A stretch of DNA of 64,000 nucleotides. Source: Schmidtea nova. Taxonomy: Eukaryota. A program made the position numbers and the translations under genes. The notes beneath the pieces were generated by a model. That model was not told where the DNA came from. It did no database searches and saw only the letters and a list, made by a program, of their open reading frames with translations. The DNA lies in the NCBI GenBank assembly GCA_044892505.1, contig CM097883.1, positions 407,154,001 through 407,218,000 on the forward strand, given 5' to 3'. Shown here piece after piece: positions 52,219-64,000 of the stretch (the stretch's first letter is position 1; each line of letters starts with the position of its first letter).

Positions 52219-53477
52219 AACTAAACATTTATTAACTAAATTTCGATATAATAATAAAATATGTATAATTGACTATAGTGTTCACAGAGAATTCTTGCAT
52301 ACTCCAACATACAACTGTTGAGGTCTCAAATATGTGTACTTGAAATCTCAACTGGGGGTTGGTGGTTCCTATATAAATAAACTAAGACAATAAACGTTTG
52401 TTAATAAGATTTATTTAATAACAAGATTAACAAAATTATTACCGATAATTGTGTACAATTTAACTTCAACAAGTTTTAAATTTTATATGTTTTTGACCAA
52501 CCGGTTGATTTTAAAAGCTCTACAGGATTTGTACCTGAGAGAGCAAAATTTAACCTCAAAATTTAACCTTGATTTTATGGCAATTTGACTAAATTCCCCT
52601 TTTATATTGAAATTTAGCATGCAATTACATACATTATTTAATAAAAACTGATATTCTGACATTTATAAAATAACATTATTTACATTTCACTGAAACTCTG
52701 ACATTCATTGTCGAATTTTCCTAATATGATATGACATTTATAACTAAAATTTGGAATTCTGACATTTATAATTGTCGAATTTTCTAAATGTGATATTGAT
52801 GAAATACATTTTTAATAAATAAAATTTATAAAATACATTCCTAATAAATAAAATAAAAATCAATAAAATCAAGCATGCTCAGAAATAAAATACAAATAAA
52901 GTCAAGCGTTCTCAAAATTAAATAATGAAATCGTCATGTTAATCAGTTCGACTGTTGGGTTCGCTTTGCATTGACAGACAATTTGATTTGCGACAGACGA
53001 CATGAGATGATTTGAATTAAATGACTTAAGATAGTTTGTAGGATCACAAAGATAGTGAAGGGTTGTTAATTGTTAGGCAGGTTTTGATTGATTATAGTCA
53101 TCTTACGAAAGGAATTTCAACTGATGTTATTATTTGATTGAGATGGTTGAGACGGGCACTTGAGACGGATATTGAGATGGATATTGACACGGGTATTGAG
53201 ACGGATATTGAGACGGATGATGACTGCGACAGACGATTGATGATTTGATTGGGGATTACTTTTCCAGATAGATATTTATTCTGTATCTATTGTTGCCAAT
53301 ATGATAATATTTATTGACTTTGAATGCTTTTATGAGTCTTCGCTCGTCATCCAACACAACCTAATTAGATTATTACATTTAGAACACATAGCATTAAAAA
53401 ATTTTGTGCGATTTTCAACAGATGGCGTTACTGCTTGGCATATTGATGTGTCATCGTCTGAAATAAAGTAATATAAA

Positions 53478-54523
53478 TCAATATTTAAATAATAATACTT
53501 TTTCAGATATATATTTTTTTAAAATATTGCCATTAAATTTGCGAATCTTTATGCGACGTCTACTAGCTTCCATTATATTAGCTGTTATTGATTCAGGATA
53601 AAAAAGATCTAAATCATTAATGCAGAAAATCCTCGGAATACCCTTTGGTATTGTTGCCACAGAATATTTTATATTCACTGCATTCTCAAATGCGCAGTCT
53701 ATTAAGCACAAAAACTCATCCACTCGAATTTTATTAAAATATAGGTCATCAAAGACCAATCCATCACATTGATCAATATTAGTAGAAATTTTATTGAGGC
53801 TTTGTATATGTTTAACATGAACTGGATGCTTGAAATGAGAGAGCGCAAAGTTAGTTTTTCCAATGCCGCTCTCTCCGACGAATATATGTGCTTTCCAGTC
53901 ATAAACATTTATATAATCTATAAGGAAACCCGAGCCGAAATTATGTACTGTTTCCTCTCCGAATGCATTAACGAGGCTCTCGACAACTGATTTTCTTTTT
54001 GTTAGATAATGATAGCTCTCAGACTGCTAGATGATATTAATGGCATCACATAAGTAAATTACACTTTTTTATATTCTCGGCGTTATACTTACTAGGTTCG
54101 CCAATTTTGATTTTTATGCCACATACTCTTGATTCTGGTTTACAACAGTATTCGATTGCGCTCCGTCGATCAATCCCTGCAACTCCTCGAACATAGGGAA
54201 GTCCAGTCTTCGCCTTAAATAAAGATTACTTCCCAATAGCACTGCAAATGGCGAAATCCATTGCTGCCTTGCTCCTCCTGGCCAACAAGGAAGCGTGACC
54301 ATCCTTTGTCAAGCGCAAGGGCTCGTAGCTCATTTTCCAATGTTTTAAACTTTGCCATACTGTTATATCTTCTTGTAGGGCTCCGATTACACTTTCCACT
54401 TGTTGGATGCTGTTGCTGTTCAGTAGAAGCCGATCCGTCATCCAATAAATTACCGCTGTCATTTGTTGCAGATCTCCCTCCCTTTCCTTCTTGTTGGCTA
54501 TCTTCACAAAGTATGTTTGGCAA
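53478..54523 (-). mobile_element. CRESS-DNA-virus-type Rep (HUH + SF3 helicase), split across frames
   Basis: Motif II FLVGQEEQGSNGFRHLQCYWE, motif III AIEYCCK, Walker A IFVGESGIGKTNFAL, Walker B DGLVFDD, motif C IPRIFCIND and Arg finger EASRRR. Motif I was not recognisable. Confidence 0.88.
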
Positions 54524-56559
54524 AGTATGTTTGAAGTCTTTTCAGTATCTCGCACAGGGGGCAGAGACACCGGAGACAGATTGGAATAAGTTATTAAAAT
54601 AAGTTAGTAAAATATATTTGCAAAATATTAGAAACCATTAATACACTTTTATTCATCTAAGTAATTACCATAACACTCACTGTTGTTTCGCAAAACGCGA
54701 TACCAATTTGTATGCCGTTATTGTAGAAATTTTCTGATTTTTGATTGTATTTTTTACATCAAAGGATGGTAGTAATTTGTTGGCGAAATTTCAGGAGGAT
54801 AAAGAGGGCGTGGTAACGTTTCTCAGCCTAGTTAAGAAATTTTTTTGCAGGATCACTTTTTCGGAATGAGATTTAGCATTTTCTTTTTAGAATAACAAGT
54901 TCATTCGATTGATCAAAGAAGGCTGTTTCGTGCTGTCTCAACAGCTTTGGTGCTGAGTTTGTTTGACTTAAATTTTTATTCGTTGACATGTAAATTAAGC
55001 AATTCACGTAAAATTTGAATGCATAAAATAATAGAGGGATTAATATTAAAATTGATAAAACTATAAACACGTGGTATCGATAACAACGACCTAAAAACAT
55101 TCATAACAATTTGCACTCGAAAACCACATTTGTTTAAATAAAATTACAAATTTCTTTATTTTTGTGACCGTGTTAAATTGAAAACTAGTGTAATATAAAT
55201 AAAATTTTCCGCATTTCTTCAATTGTGTTAAACCAAAACCATGTAAATCAAGTGCTAAGTGTAGTAGGTAGATGTGAGCGTTTTTCAAAAAATTTTAAAA
55301 TCCCAAAATCAATACATTATGAGTCGGTAAGTAGGTCAAGGTCATTTGAACAAAGAAATGTTACTATTTATGAACTATTTAATGTTGTGAGCTCACAATG
55401 ACACATCATTTTTTCAACAACAAAAAATTCAGTTACCCCTACTTTCACAAAAAATTACAAAATTTTTAAAGTCCACTTAACAAAAAAACTTTCAAAATTC
55501 ATTTATAAACATGTTAATTAATAGAAATATGTTCGAGTGGGAAGCCTTTAAGCTTAAAAAACCATCACACAGTAGGTTCTATTAGGAGACGGCATATATG
55601 CATTTCAGTTGTTAAATATACATGCAATCAACAATCTAGGTACATTACTTTAATATGTTTGTGACTGTGGTCAGAACATGCATGGCGAGAACACGTTTCA
55701 CATTATTGTAGCGTGGATTTGCAACAACCAGGTATTAGACGTTTTAATGGGTTTCCAAGCACCTTAGGTAATGATTCTGGCACAGCAGTGCGATGCACGA
55801 CATATTGAAGAAAATAATTTTATAAAAATCTGATATAATTTGAAATAATGAATAGGATACCAAGAATTGATTTTCTGATGAATGACAAGTTAATTAATTG
55901 TCTTTTGGAAAATGGGGTGAAGACAAGTGCGATTGTGGAAAACATTTTTATACATGCTAATATATGTTTCTAAATTAATTTTTATCCACAGATCCCTAAA
56001 ATTCCAATTTGTTTTTCATCGGAACACTAATTATTAAAAAATTAAAAAATTTTTTAAAATTTATTTTAACATTTACATTGATAGGAATGGTAGTGATTTT
56101 CACTGCAAAGATTTTCGATTGGTAGTTCAATCAAAGACAAACAAACTCTCATTTCTCGGTCAACCGTATGAAATCTTTCGGGCTTAAACTTAATTTCAGC
56201 CAGTGCCGAGAATCCCTATTTACATAAATATAATGTTTCAAAATTAGAAAAAAAAATATTTTTCAATATTTTTACCAATATTTTTCATTTCAAATGAGAT
56301 ACGAATATAAAAGTTTGTGCATACAGAAAGACAATGCAATAATGCAAATGAATATAAACAGATTTTTAACATTATTTGAGTTCTTTTTATAATATTAATG
56401 AGTTAAATAGGTGAACACTAATATTTTTAATTTCAAATGAGACACAAATACATGTGATAGAATAAAATTTACGACAGAAACAACTGGTTTCAAACGCCTC
56501 TCACGTCGAAATGTTTTCACATGGATAATACATTGTAATATTTTTTTAATTAACCGGAA

Positions 56560-56643
56560 AACTCGGGAATTTTGGTTGAAATCCCGGGATTACGGGAATA
56601 AATTTCACAACAAGGATCCCGGGATCCCGTTTGAGAAACCCTA
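56560..56643 (+). mobile_element. hAT-type terminal segment (one end)
   Basis: CCCGGGA subterminal repeats ending ...GAAACCCTA. Confidence 0.45.
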
Positions 56644-58423
56644 AAGCATATTAAATTAAAACTTAACCTAACTTGAAAATTTTTGTATCATTATTTTTGA
56701 TTGAAACATAACCAATCTTAGATAAGATAGACTTAACATTCGTGGGAATTTTCATGAATGTTTCTCCCGCGAATGTTAAGAGAAATAAATCAAATATGAA
56801 TTTACACATATCAATATACAACTGAACAAAACACCACAGAAGGCAATCGTCAACTATACAATGATTTTGATTCTTTCTTTCCCCCTATACTCACTAGTAC
56901 CCCTGCCTTGTATCAATTCAGTAATTACCGATTAATAACTGCATAAAATATTTTTAGGACTGTAATTTTATATTTATATTTTTTCATTTTTATTTTAAAC
57001 ATCATTACACCAATCAGATGTAAACATATACTTATGTACTTCCTAGTCGTCCTTCGGTACTAGCATCTATCATGCTCTTTCAAGTTTTGATTCATGAGTA
57101 TTATTCACTGTCTCTGTATGCCTTTTCAATTTTTAGATAGTCACTTACTAACACGCATTCAAAATCTCGGACATTCTTGACTTTCGTCTGCGCAACTTTC
57201 GGTTCCCAATGGACCTATACTGTACCTATACTTCTGAGTGTTTTATTCCTGCCTTTATATGAATTATCCATTGATAGACTTTGTTGCTTTTGTTGGCTTT
57301 ACCTTTGTTTACATTTTATCATCATCTTAATACTTTACCGATTAATAAAAATATGAAATAATGAAATTAAAATGTGTCTAAGCACAATATTACGATAAAT
57401 TAAAAACTTATTCGACCCGCTAATTATTGGGAAGGTTTTTCCATTACCGGCCACAAAAAGGTTAGACATCAACGCTTCTCTTCAGGTTGTCTCTAGATTT
57501 GGAATCTTGTACTTTTGATTTTTCCAGGTTTGTTTTTTTTCTTGAAATCTTGAATAGGTCTTGCATGTTAGCTGGTTTTCAGGAAACAGTTCCAATTCAC
57601 TGCATTGCTAAGCTATGTTTTTATTGACTTGTATCAGGTTTAGTTGATGATTTCTATCTTTTAGCTTGATTTTTGGGCTTTAATTTTTAGTATATCGATA
57701 CGTTTCATCTTCATCACATTGCTTCTACAGCACCACAGCACCAGAACTCTCCTTTAGTTGTTTCTTTTTTTCTAAAGTATTGTTTTACTTCTTCCTGAAG
57801 TTATCAATAACTGAATCATGTACTAAATTTAGAAAAAAACCATATTGTCGCCCAATCTTATCATTTCTTTTCTAGTTGTTGAGGTTATTCCCTTTGCATA
57901 TTCTTTGGCATCGTTCCCATAATTCACTAAATTGAATCCACGGTAGTGTAATCTGTATTTTAAACGCAATCCGAGTTACTTGCTCTGCGCTTTATACATC
58001 ATTGTACCATTGAGTCTATATTTTTGATTAAATTTTTTCGTAGAACCCTTGTGTTATCGTTTGTTGAAATATACTATAACCCCCAAAACACCCCCATAAT
58101 CCTATCATGTCCTTATTGCATCCAAATTTAGCACATTAAAGTCAATTGATATCAACTGCAGTACCAGTGCATATTTTTATATGTATTTTATATTTTCAAT
58201 CTCACTAATTAAAATATATTTTTCATAATGGAAAAAGAAAAGTTCAACTTTTTCATTATCCTCGCTTCTTTTCTTACGGTATTTTCGGACAAATCATTCA
58301 TTAAATTTAACGATGCTGTTAACTCATTATGATAACATTCAATTTACATTGTGTCATTATAAAAAATTATTCATTTAAAAATGGAAAATATTTCAAAGTA
58401 TCGTTTTATTTCTATTTATTTAT

Positions 58424-58625
58424 TTATTCGAGTGCTTCTGGATACACAATATTTTTGTTTTTCCGTCTGGCGCATACACGAATAAATCAAGGTTTTCCGA
58501 CGCGTGAGGTGGTCACATACAGTTGTCCATGTCAGTAGTACGTATATAGTCCTCACACTTGCAGCAATTGTACTTGCACTTTGTTGATGATCATTACAAA
58601 AGCGAGTCGCATTGGAAAGCGTGGG
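58424..58625 (-). mobile_element. Helitron Pif1-helicase C-terminal fragment
   Basis: FPMRLAFVMIINKVQ...HGQLYVTTSRVGKP...KNIVYPEALE*, with stops and a frameshift. Confidence 0.85.
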
Positions 58626-58689
58626 CTGAGGGTGGATATTTAATTTTTTATGCCAGAAACCTTTGCGGGAAGTAGACAGAAGTGTGCAC

Positions 58690-58895
58690 CATGAGTCATC
58701 GCAGAACAAAGGAAATGACGTCATCGATGAGTCACCCATACCCCCCTCCCCCCGGGATGACTCATAAATGACGTCATCGATGACTCATCGATGACTCATC
58801 ACATGACTCATCGATGACTCATCACATGACTCATCGATGACGTCATCGATGACTCATTTCAAATTTGAATTTTATGACGTCATCAATGACTCATT
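58690..58895. repeat. Cluster of ATGACTCAT / ATGACGTCAT palindromes around a C-rich spacer
   Basis: Eight ATGACTCAT and three ATGACGTCAT copies between 58757 and 58895, plus inverted copies at 58691-58735. Confidence 0.95.
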
Positions 58896-58991
58896 TCAAA
58901 TTCAAATTTTAAATTTAAATTCCCAAGGGTCCAATAAGGTCAGACCTTCAAACAAGGGTATCATTCGAAAGGTCTTTTAAGGGTCTATCCA

Positions 58992-59520
58992 ATGGTCATA
59001 CCCTCGAAGGTGTATGGAGGGTCCTTAACCTTCAAGGGGTCAAAAACCTTCAACCTTTTACAATCCTTATAATATACATATCAAACAAAAGGTAATTGGG
59101 AGGTAAGTAAGATGGTCATACCCTCGAAGGTGTATGGAGGGTCCTTAACCTTCAAGGGGTCAAAAACCTTCAACCTTTTACAATCCTTATAATATACATA
59201 TCAAACAAAAGGTATTTGAGAGGTAAGTAAGATGGTCATACCCTCGAAGGTGTATGGAGGATCCTTAACCTTCAAGGGGTCAAAAACCTTCAACCTTTTA
59301 CAATCCTTATAATATACATATCAAACAAAAGGTAATTGGGAGGTAAGTAAGATGGTCATACCCTCGAAGGTGTATGGAGGATCCTTAACCTTCAAGGGGT
59401 CAAAAACCTTCAACCTTTTTCAATCCTTATAATATACATATCAAACAAAAGGTAATTGAAGGCTGCACACAATGGTCATACCTTCCAAGGTCTATGGTGG
59501 CTGCTCAACCTTCAAAGGGT
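58992..59520. repeat. 120-bp tandem repeat (4 full copies and 1 diverged partial)
   Basis: The unit ATGGTCATACCCTCGAAGG... starts at 58992, 59112, 59232, 59352 and 59472. Confidence 0.95.
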
Positions 59521-59583
59521 ACAAAACAAGGATATAAAGGTAAGTACGGTTTTCTTAATGACTCATAGGTAAGATTTATTTGG

Positions 59584-59761
59584 ATGACTCATTGGGATGA
59601 CTCATTGGTATGACTCATCAGTATGACTCATCAGTATGACTCATCAGCATGACTCATCAGTATGACTCATTGGTATGACTCATCAGTATGACTCATCAGT
59701 ATGACTCATCAGTATGACTCATTGGTATGACTCATCAGTATGACTCATCAGTATGACTCAT
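59584..59761. repeat. 13-bp tandem repeat ATGACTCATCAGT (14 copies)
   Basis: Strict 13-bp period from 59584 to 59753, with ATGACTCAT invariant in every copy. Confidence 0.95.
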
Positions 59762-60789
59762 CAATAAATATTAACAAAGACAATGCAATCCATGTGCAAA
59801 GAAACAAAGACAATGCAATCCATGTGCAACGAAACAAAGACTAATGAAATATAATTTTTAATAATAATAATTTTTTGTACAGAGATAAATTGTGTGTGTG
59901 TGTGTTTAAGACAAATCACAGTACTCATTGAACGCGCGTGAAACGCGCGTTCTTCTNNNNNNNNNNNNNNNNNNNNNNNNNNNNNNNNNNNNNNNNNNNN
60001 NNNNNNNNNNNNNNNNNNNNNNNNNNNNNNNNNNNNNNNNNNNNNNNNNNNNNNNNNNNNNNNNNNNNNNNNNNNNNNNNNNNNNNNNNNNNNNNNNNNN
60101 NNNNNNNNNNNNNNNNNNNNNNNNNNNNNNNNNNNNNNNNNNNNNNNNNNNNNNNNNNNNNNNNNNNNNNNNNNNNNNNNNNNNNNNNNNNNNNNNNNNN
60201 NNNNNNNNNNNNNNNNNNNNNNNNNNNNNNNNNNNNNNNNNNNNNNNNNNNNNNNNNNNNNNNNNNNNNNNNNNNNNNNNNNNNNNNNNNNNNNNNNNNN
60301 NNNNNNNNNNNNNNNNNNNNNNNNNNNNNNNNNNNNNNNNNNNNNNNNNNNNNNNNNNNNNNNNNNNNNNNNNNNNNNNNNNNNNNNNNNNNNNNNNNNN
60401 NNNNNNNNNNNNNNNNNNNNNNNNNNNNNNNNNNNNNNNNNNNNNNNNNNNNNNNNNNNNNNNNNNNNNNNNNNNNNNNNNNNNNNNNNNNNNNNNNNNN
60501 NNNNNNNNNNNNNNNNNNNNNNNNNTAGAAAAAATATAATATTAACAAAAATAATAAAAACTTATAAAAATAAAATTCAACAAATATTTAAAAAATATAA
60601 CCCAATAGGGAAAAAACAACAATTATTTTAAATTAAAAAATTTATTTCCATTCAATTTATTCAAAATAATGCTTTGTTCATAGTCAAAATCAGAATTTTC
60701 TTCTTAATATTTTTCTTCTTTTTCCTATTGGCGTATAGTCTATAATAATAACAATAATAATAATGAATAAAATAAAAAATAAATTTACC

Positions 60790-63700
60790 TCAATATATAC
60801 CGGTGGATGTAGATGGCTGATCACGTAATTGCTGCTCCATCCTCACCAGGTATTCGTGGAGTCTGCGTGATTCAGCCGTTTCGCCATCATCGAATTCTTC
60901 CTCATCGAAGCCATCAGGTTCGGCTGGGGTATTCGTTTGATCATAACCTATAACAGTATTTTCTACCCTATAGTGCCCATATGCAAAGCTTTTGTTTTTC
61001 GACACCCAATTGCGTTTGTCGTCGTTGCAATTGAGTGCCGTTTTTGTATTTTTGACACTGTAAACCTGATGATTTTTTGAGACTATACGAAACTGCGGGA
61101 CCTTATATATTTTACTTGTTGTGTAACAGTCTAGGTAATTCGAATGGTTAAGTCCCGCAGTAGCCAAACATATGCCCTTGGCTTTTAAACACTCCTCGTC
61201 GCCAAGTAAACTATAGCATTTAGGCCGAAGAAAAACCCACTCTTCATATTTGAAGCCCTTATTTTCGTCCTTAAACTTTCCTATAACTGAATCCAAATTA
61301 CGCGAAAATAAGGGATGGCTCGGGTCATAGTTCGAAGTATCTAAAAGTTGATCCCTCACCATAGCGGGCAAAAGAACAGAAAGCCTACAATTAACAATTT
61401 CAAGAAAAAAGGAGTCTGTGTCTCCTGCTGCAATATTAATCTTACAATTAAACTCTTTCCTATATTTCTCTAACTCTATATATTGTAGTTCATACATTCT
61501 TAGTTTAGACAAGTCCAAGACCGTCTGTCCTATATAACTTGGCCTATCTAAACACACAGACTCCTTCCTCAAAAGCACTGATATAAGATTATGGTCAATT
61601 TTCGTTGATTTCCTAAAATACGGGCTACTGCTATATGTTATTAATTTACGTGCCGAATTGCACAGTCTTAAATTGATACGTTTTTTCAGATTCTCTACGG
61701 TTTTGCCGTAGAGACTGTTATTTAATAACTTAAAATAATTTTTGTCGAGTTTCGTGGTGGAAGAAGCTCTCAAAGCAGTATTTGTATCCACGTATTTCTT
61801 AAAAAGCCTACTTTGATGATATTTAATAGCTCGATGAATTTTGGTCACTACAACACCTAACCTCAGAAACATCTGCAAAAGTCGCCAATGAAGCACATAG
61901 TTTTTCTTAGGCATGTGCGTCAAAAGCAACTTATGCACCTTCGAACCTGGCACACACATCTTTTCAGCAGCTACTGGTAAATCATCCAGTAAGTCGTGAA
62001 TAGATGCCGGTATCTCTAAATCCACTTCTATGGTATAACCATAGTTAAGTGAACATAAATCAACCGTAGTGCACTCCAACAAGATGTCATGAAGCAAGTG
62101 GTCATCCGTGACCCAAACAAAGTCCCCGTCCGGTAAGTTTTGAGAAAGAGCCCAGCCATACAGATTATTAATATCTATATACAGCAACTCTGTATCTGGG
62201 CCTGATTTAACATGATGTTTATTAACAAAAGTGAGGCCGCCCCTGATTCCACCCTCAAAAAAGTTGTACATCTCCATATCTTGCAAAAGCTCGATAGGAG
62301 ATTCCAAAGTCATTAATGCAGAACACCAGCTCATACCTGGTATACCCAAAAAATTCAACGGCTCAAGTTTATTATGAGCTATACTCTTTGCACGAAATTG
62401 TTGAAAATAATCAGCCAAAAGAAATATGTCGAGTTTCATGTAAACCATCATATAATCAAATAATGAGGTACACGAATTTTCTCTCCATATTTCTTTTGCC
62501 TTTTCATAATCAGCAATTTCGACACCTTCCCAAATCGGTGGCAATTCAGTGGTCGACCTCAAGACAGATAAAGATGTAGCAACATCATATGGAAAAATTC
62601 CCTTACTGGTGATAATAGTCCCGGTAAATTCCGAAGAAGTAAGAGGAAAAGATGTTAGAGTTTTTACTAAGTTATTTAGAGATTCGCTGGCAAATTGATA
62701 CGAATCGATAAACTTCACTGTGAGTGATCCGATTCTCGCAAAAAGACTGAGAAACTTCTCACTGGTGACAGGAACACAGCTAATGTTCCACGATTCGTAT
62801 TTAGAAAGTCCGAATTTGAGGATATGATGTAAATCATATCCCCGTAGATTATGAAAAACTATCGGCAAAGTGTGTCGAATTTGCCTATTTATATTACATT
62901 CGTTGCATGCTGCTCCTAGGTAAGCACCTGTAAAGTGATCGTGGTCTTTAACAGGATTTACTAAAATATTTTCACACAAGTAGCAGTGTGTTGCATAAGA
63001 AAAATGTTGCATGTCTTCGTAGGTTAATATTATTTGCTTATTTTTATTTGCGAAATAATAGGGCGTTACAATTTTTCGACTTATATTTTCAATTTCTTGC
63101 AGGAATTTGGCAACGCAATCAAGGCCATAGAAGGATTTATATAATTTAACCCCAGTGAAATTATTAATAAGTAATAAACCCGCAGAAATGGGCAAATGTT
63201 TTTGGTAATATTTCGAGTCGCGAGGTAAAATTGCCTCAAAATCGGCATAAATTACAAAAGGAGGGGTCACTGTCTTCGTCCAGTCGCTAAAACGTAAAAA
63301 TTTATTATTAGGAAGTGTATACAAAGTTGTGCCTATTTGGTTGGCATCACAAAGACCACGATGTCTCTTGAATGTATCTGAATTACGGAAGCCATGCAAG
63401 CACCTAGGACACCATTTATTATAAATTCTCACTGGGGTTATGGCCGAAGTTTTACAATTTAAAAATTTGTCGATGTTATATATTCCTGCGTAATGAAATT
63501 CTTTTTTATTTTCAATTAAAAGTAGGTTTATGACAGTGCCCCCCATTACTTTACTTTTATAGATAATATCGATGAATGGATGTTTCATCACTTCACTTTT
63601 ATTAGTCAAGTCAACTAACGCATTTTCGTCATACGATAATACATTAATTGCATAACCGGGGTTTGATAATTCAAATCTGCTAATGTTACTTAGCTTCATT

Positions 63701-63984
63701 GGCATATCATTTATATCAAAGCGAAGTGATGTCAAGTTATAAGATGTTGGTAAATGTCGAATTTCATCATCAACCTGATTATAATTTTTAACAGACAAGA
63801 CACTATAAAGGAAGCAAAGATTGTCGGTGTTATTGACATTGATAATGCAATCCTTATTAAGTAAAGATTTCGGTGTTGAAAGAAATTTTTTACCTCTTAA
63901 TCTGGTAATTTCAGAGTATTTCGTTATTACAAAACTAATATATTCTATTTTATTTAATTTCCAATTTGAACCCTTCTCGTTCAT
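60790..63984 (-). CDS. polB: Protein-primed family B DNA polymerase (Polinton/Maverick/adintovirus type) with an embedded endonuclease-VII-like zinc domain
   Basis: Uninterrupted frame of 1064+ aa. ExoI VIYADFE, ExoII FHNLRGYD, ExoIII YMKLDI, Pol motifs YIDINNLYG, KLLNNSLYGK and AGDTDSFF, and CYLC...DHDHFTG...AACNECN. The frame stays open to the window edge, so the true start is probably upstream. Confidence 0.95.
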   Translation of the reverse strand: MNEKGSNWKLNKIEYISFVITKYSEITRLRGKKFLSTPKSLLNKDCIINVNNTDNLCFLYSVLSVKNYNQVDDEIRHLPTSYNLTSLRFDINDMPMKLSNISRFELSNPGYAINVLSYDENALVDLTNKSEVMKHPFIDIIYKSKVMGGTVINLLLIENKKEFHYAGIYNIDKFLNCKTSAITPVRIYNKWCPRCLHGFRNSDTFKRHRGLCDANQIGTTLYTLPNNKFLRFSDWTKTVTPPFVIYADFEAILPRDSKYYQKHLPISAGLLLINNFTGVKLYKSFYGLDCVAKFLQEIENISRKIVTPYYFANKNKQIILTYEDMQHFSYATHCYLCENILVNPVKDHDHFTGAYLGAACNECNINRQIRHTLPIVFHNLRGYDLHHILKFGLSKYESWNISCVPVTSEKFLSLFARIGSLTVKFIDSYQFASESLNNLVKTLTSFPLTSSEFTGTIITSKGIFPYDVATSLSVLRSTTELPPIWEGVEIADYEKAKEIWRENSCTSLFDYMMVYMKLDIFLLADYFQQFRAKSIAHNKLEPLNFLGIPGMSWCSALMTLESPIELLQDMEMYNFFEGGIRGGLTFVNKHHVKSGPDTELLYIDINNLYGWALSQNLPDGDFVWVTDDHLLHDILLECTTVDLCSLNYGYTIEVDLEIPASIHDLLDDLPVAAEKMCVPGSKVHKLLLTHMPKKNYVLHWRLLQMFLRLGVVVTKIHRAIKYHQSRLFKKYVDTNTALRASSTTKLDKNYFKLLNNSLYGKTVENLKKRINLRLCNSARKLITYSSSPYFRKSTKIDHNLISVLLRKESVCLDRPSYIGQTVLDLSKLRMYELQYIELEKYRKEFNCKINIAAGDTDSFFLEIVNCRLSVLLPAMVRDQLLDTSNYDPSHPLFSRNLDSVIGKFKDENKGFKYEEWVFLRPKCYSLLGDEECLKAKGICLATAGLNHSNYLDCYTTSKIYKVPQFRIVSKNHQVYSVKNTKTALNCNDDKRNWVSKNKSFAYGHYRVENTVIGYDQTNTPAEPDGFDEEEFDDGETAESRRLHEYLVRMEQQLRDQPSTSTGIY

Positions 63985-64000
63985 TTGGATAATTTTTTCG

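Noticed and set aside
59925-60548. ORFs spanning N runs (also 22021-22248 and 45044-45457)
   Set aside because: Artefacts of assembly gaps.

Overview
This is AT-rich eukaryotic DNA, probably from a compact animal genome: it has a ciliary gene and candidate GT-AG introns of about 40-50 nt (inference; the taxon cannot be determined). It contains three assembly gaps (22074-22216, 45185-45323, 59957-60525). Only two host loci look intact. One is an intronless CFAP100/CCDC37-38-like coiled-coil gene (24611-26590). The other is four same-strand exons (10860-21482) joined entirely by phase-1 introns, which would encode an unusual Ig-Ig-coiled coil-TRAF/MATH protein. The rest is dense with mobile DNA: Merlin x2, mariner x2, several hAT elements (one near-intact with TIR and TSD), piggyBac and Helitron pieces, four solo-LTR-like elements, an R2/NeSL-like RT fragment, and a 5-kb tandem array of a Tc1/IS630-like transposase with DD28E spacing. 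Host-gene fragments (RPT3, CDP-DAG synthase, ubiquitin) cluster at 38-42 kb. Virus-like material is also abundant: a Polinton-like remnant with a TBP-fold gene (1-2.5 kb), two CRESS-type HUH+SF3 Rep remnants, a parvovirus-NS1-like helicase fragment, and an intact protein-primed DNA polymerase B next to tandem arrays of AP-1/CRE palindromes. All family assignments come from motif recognition by eye; no searches were run.
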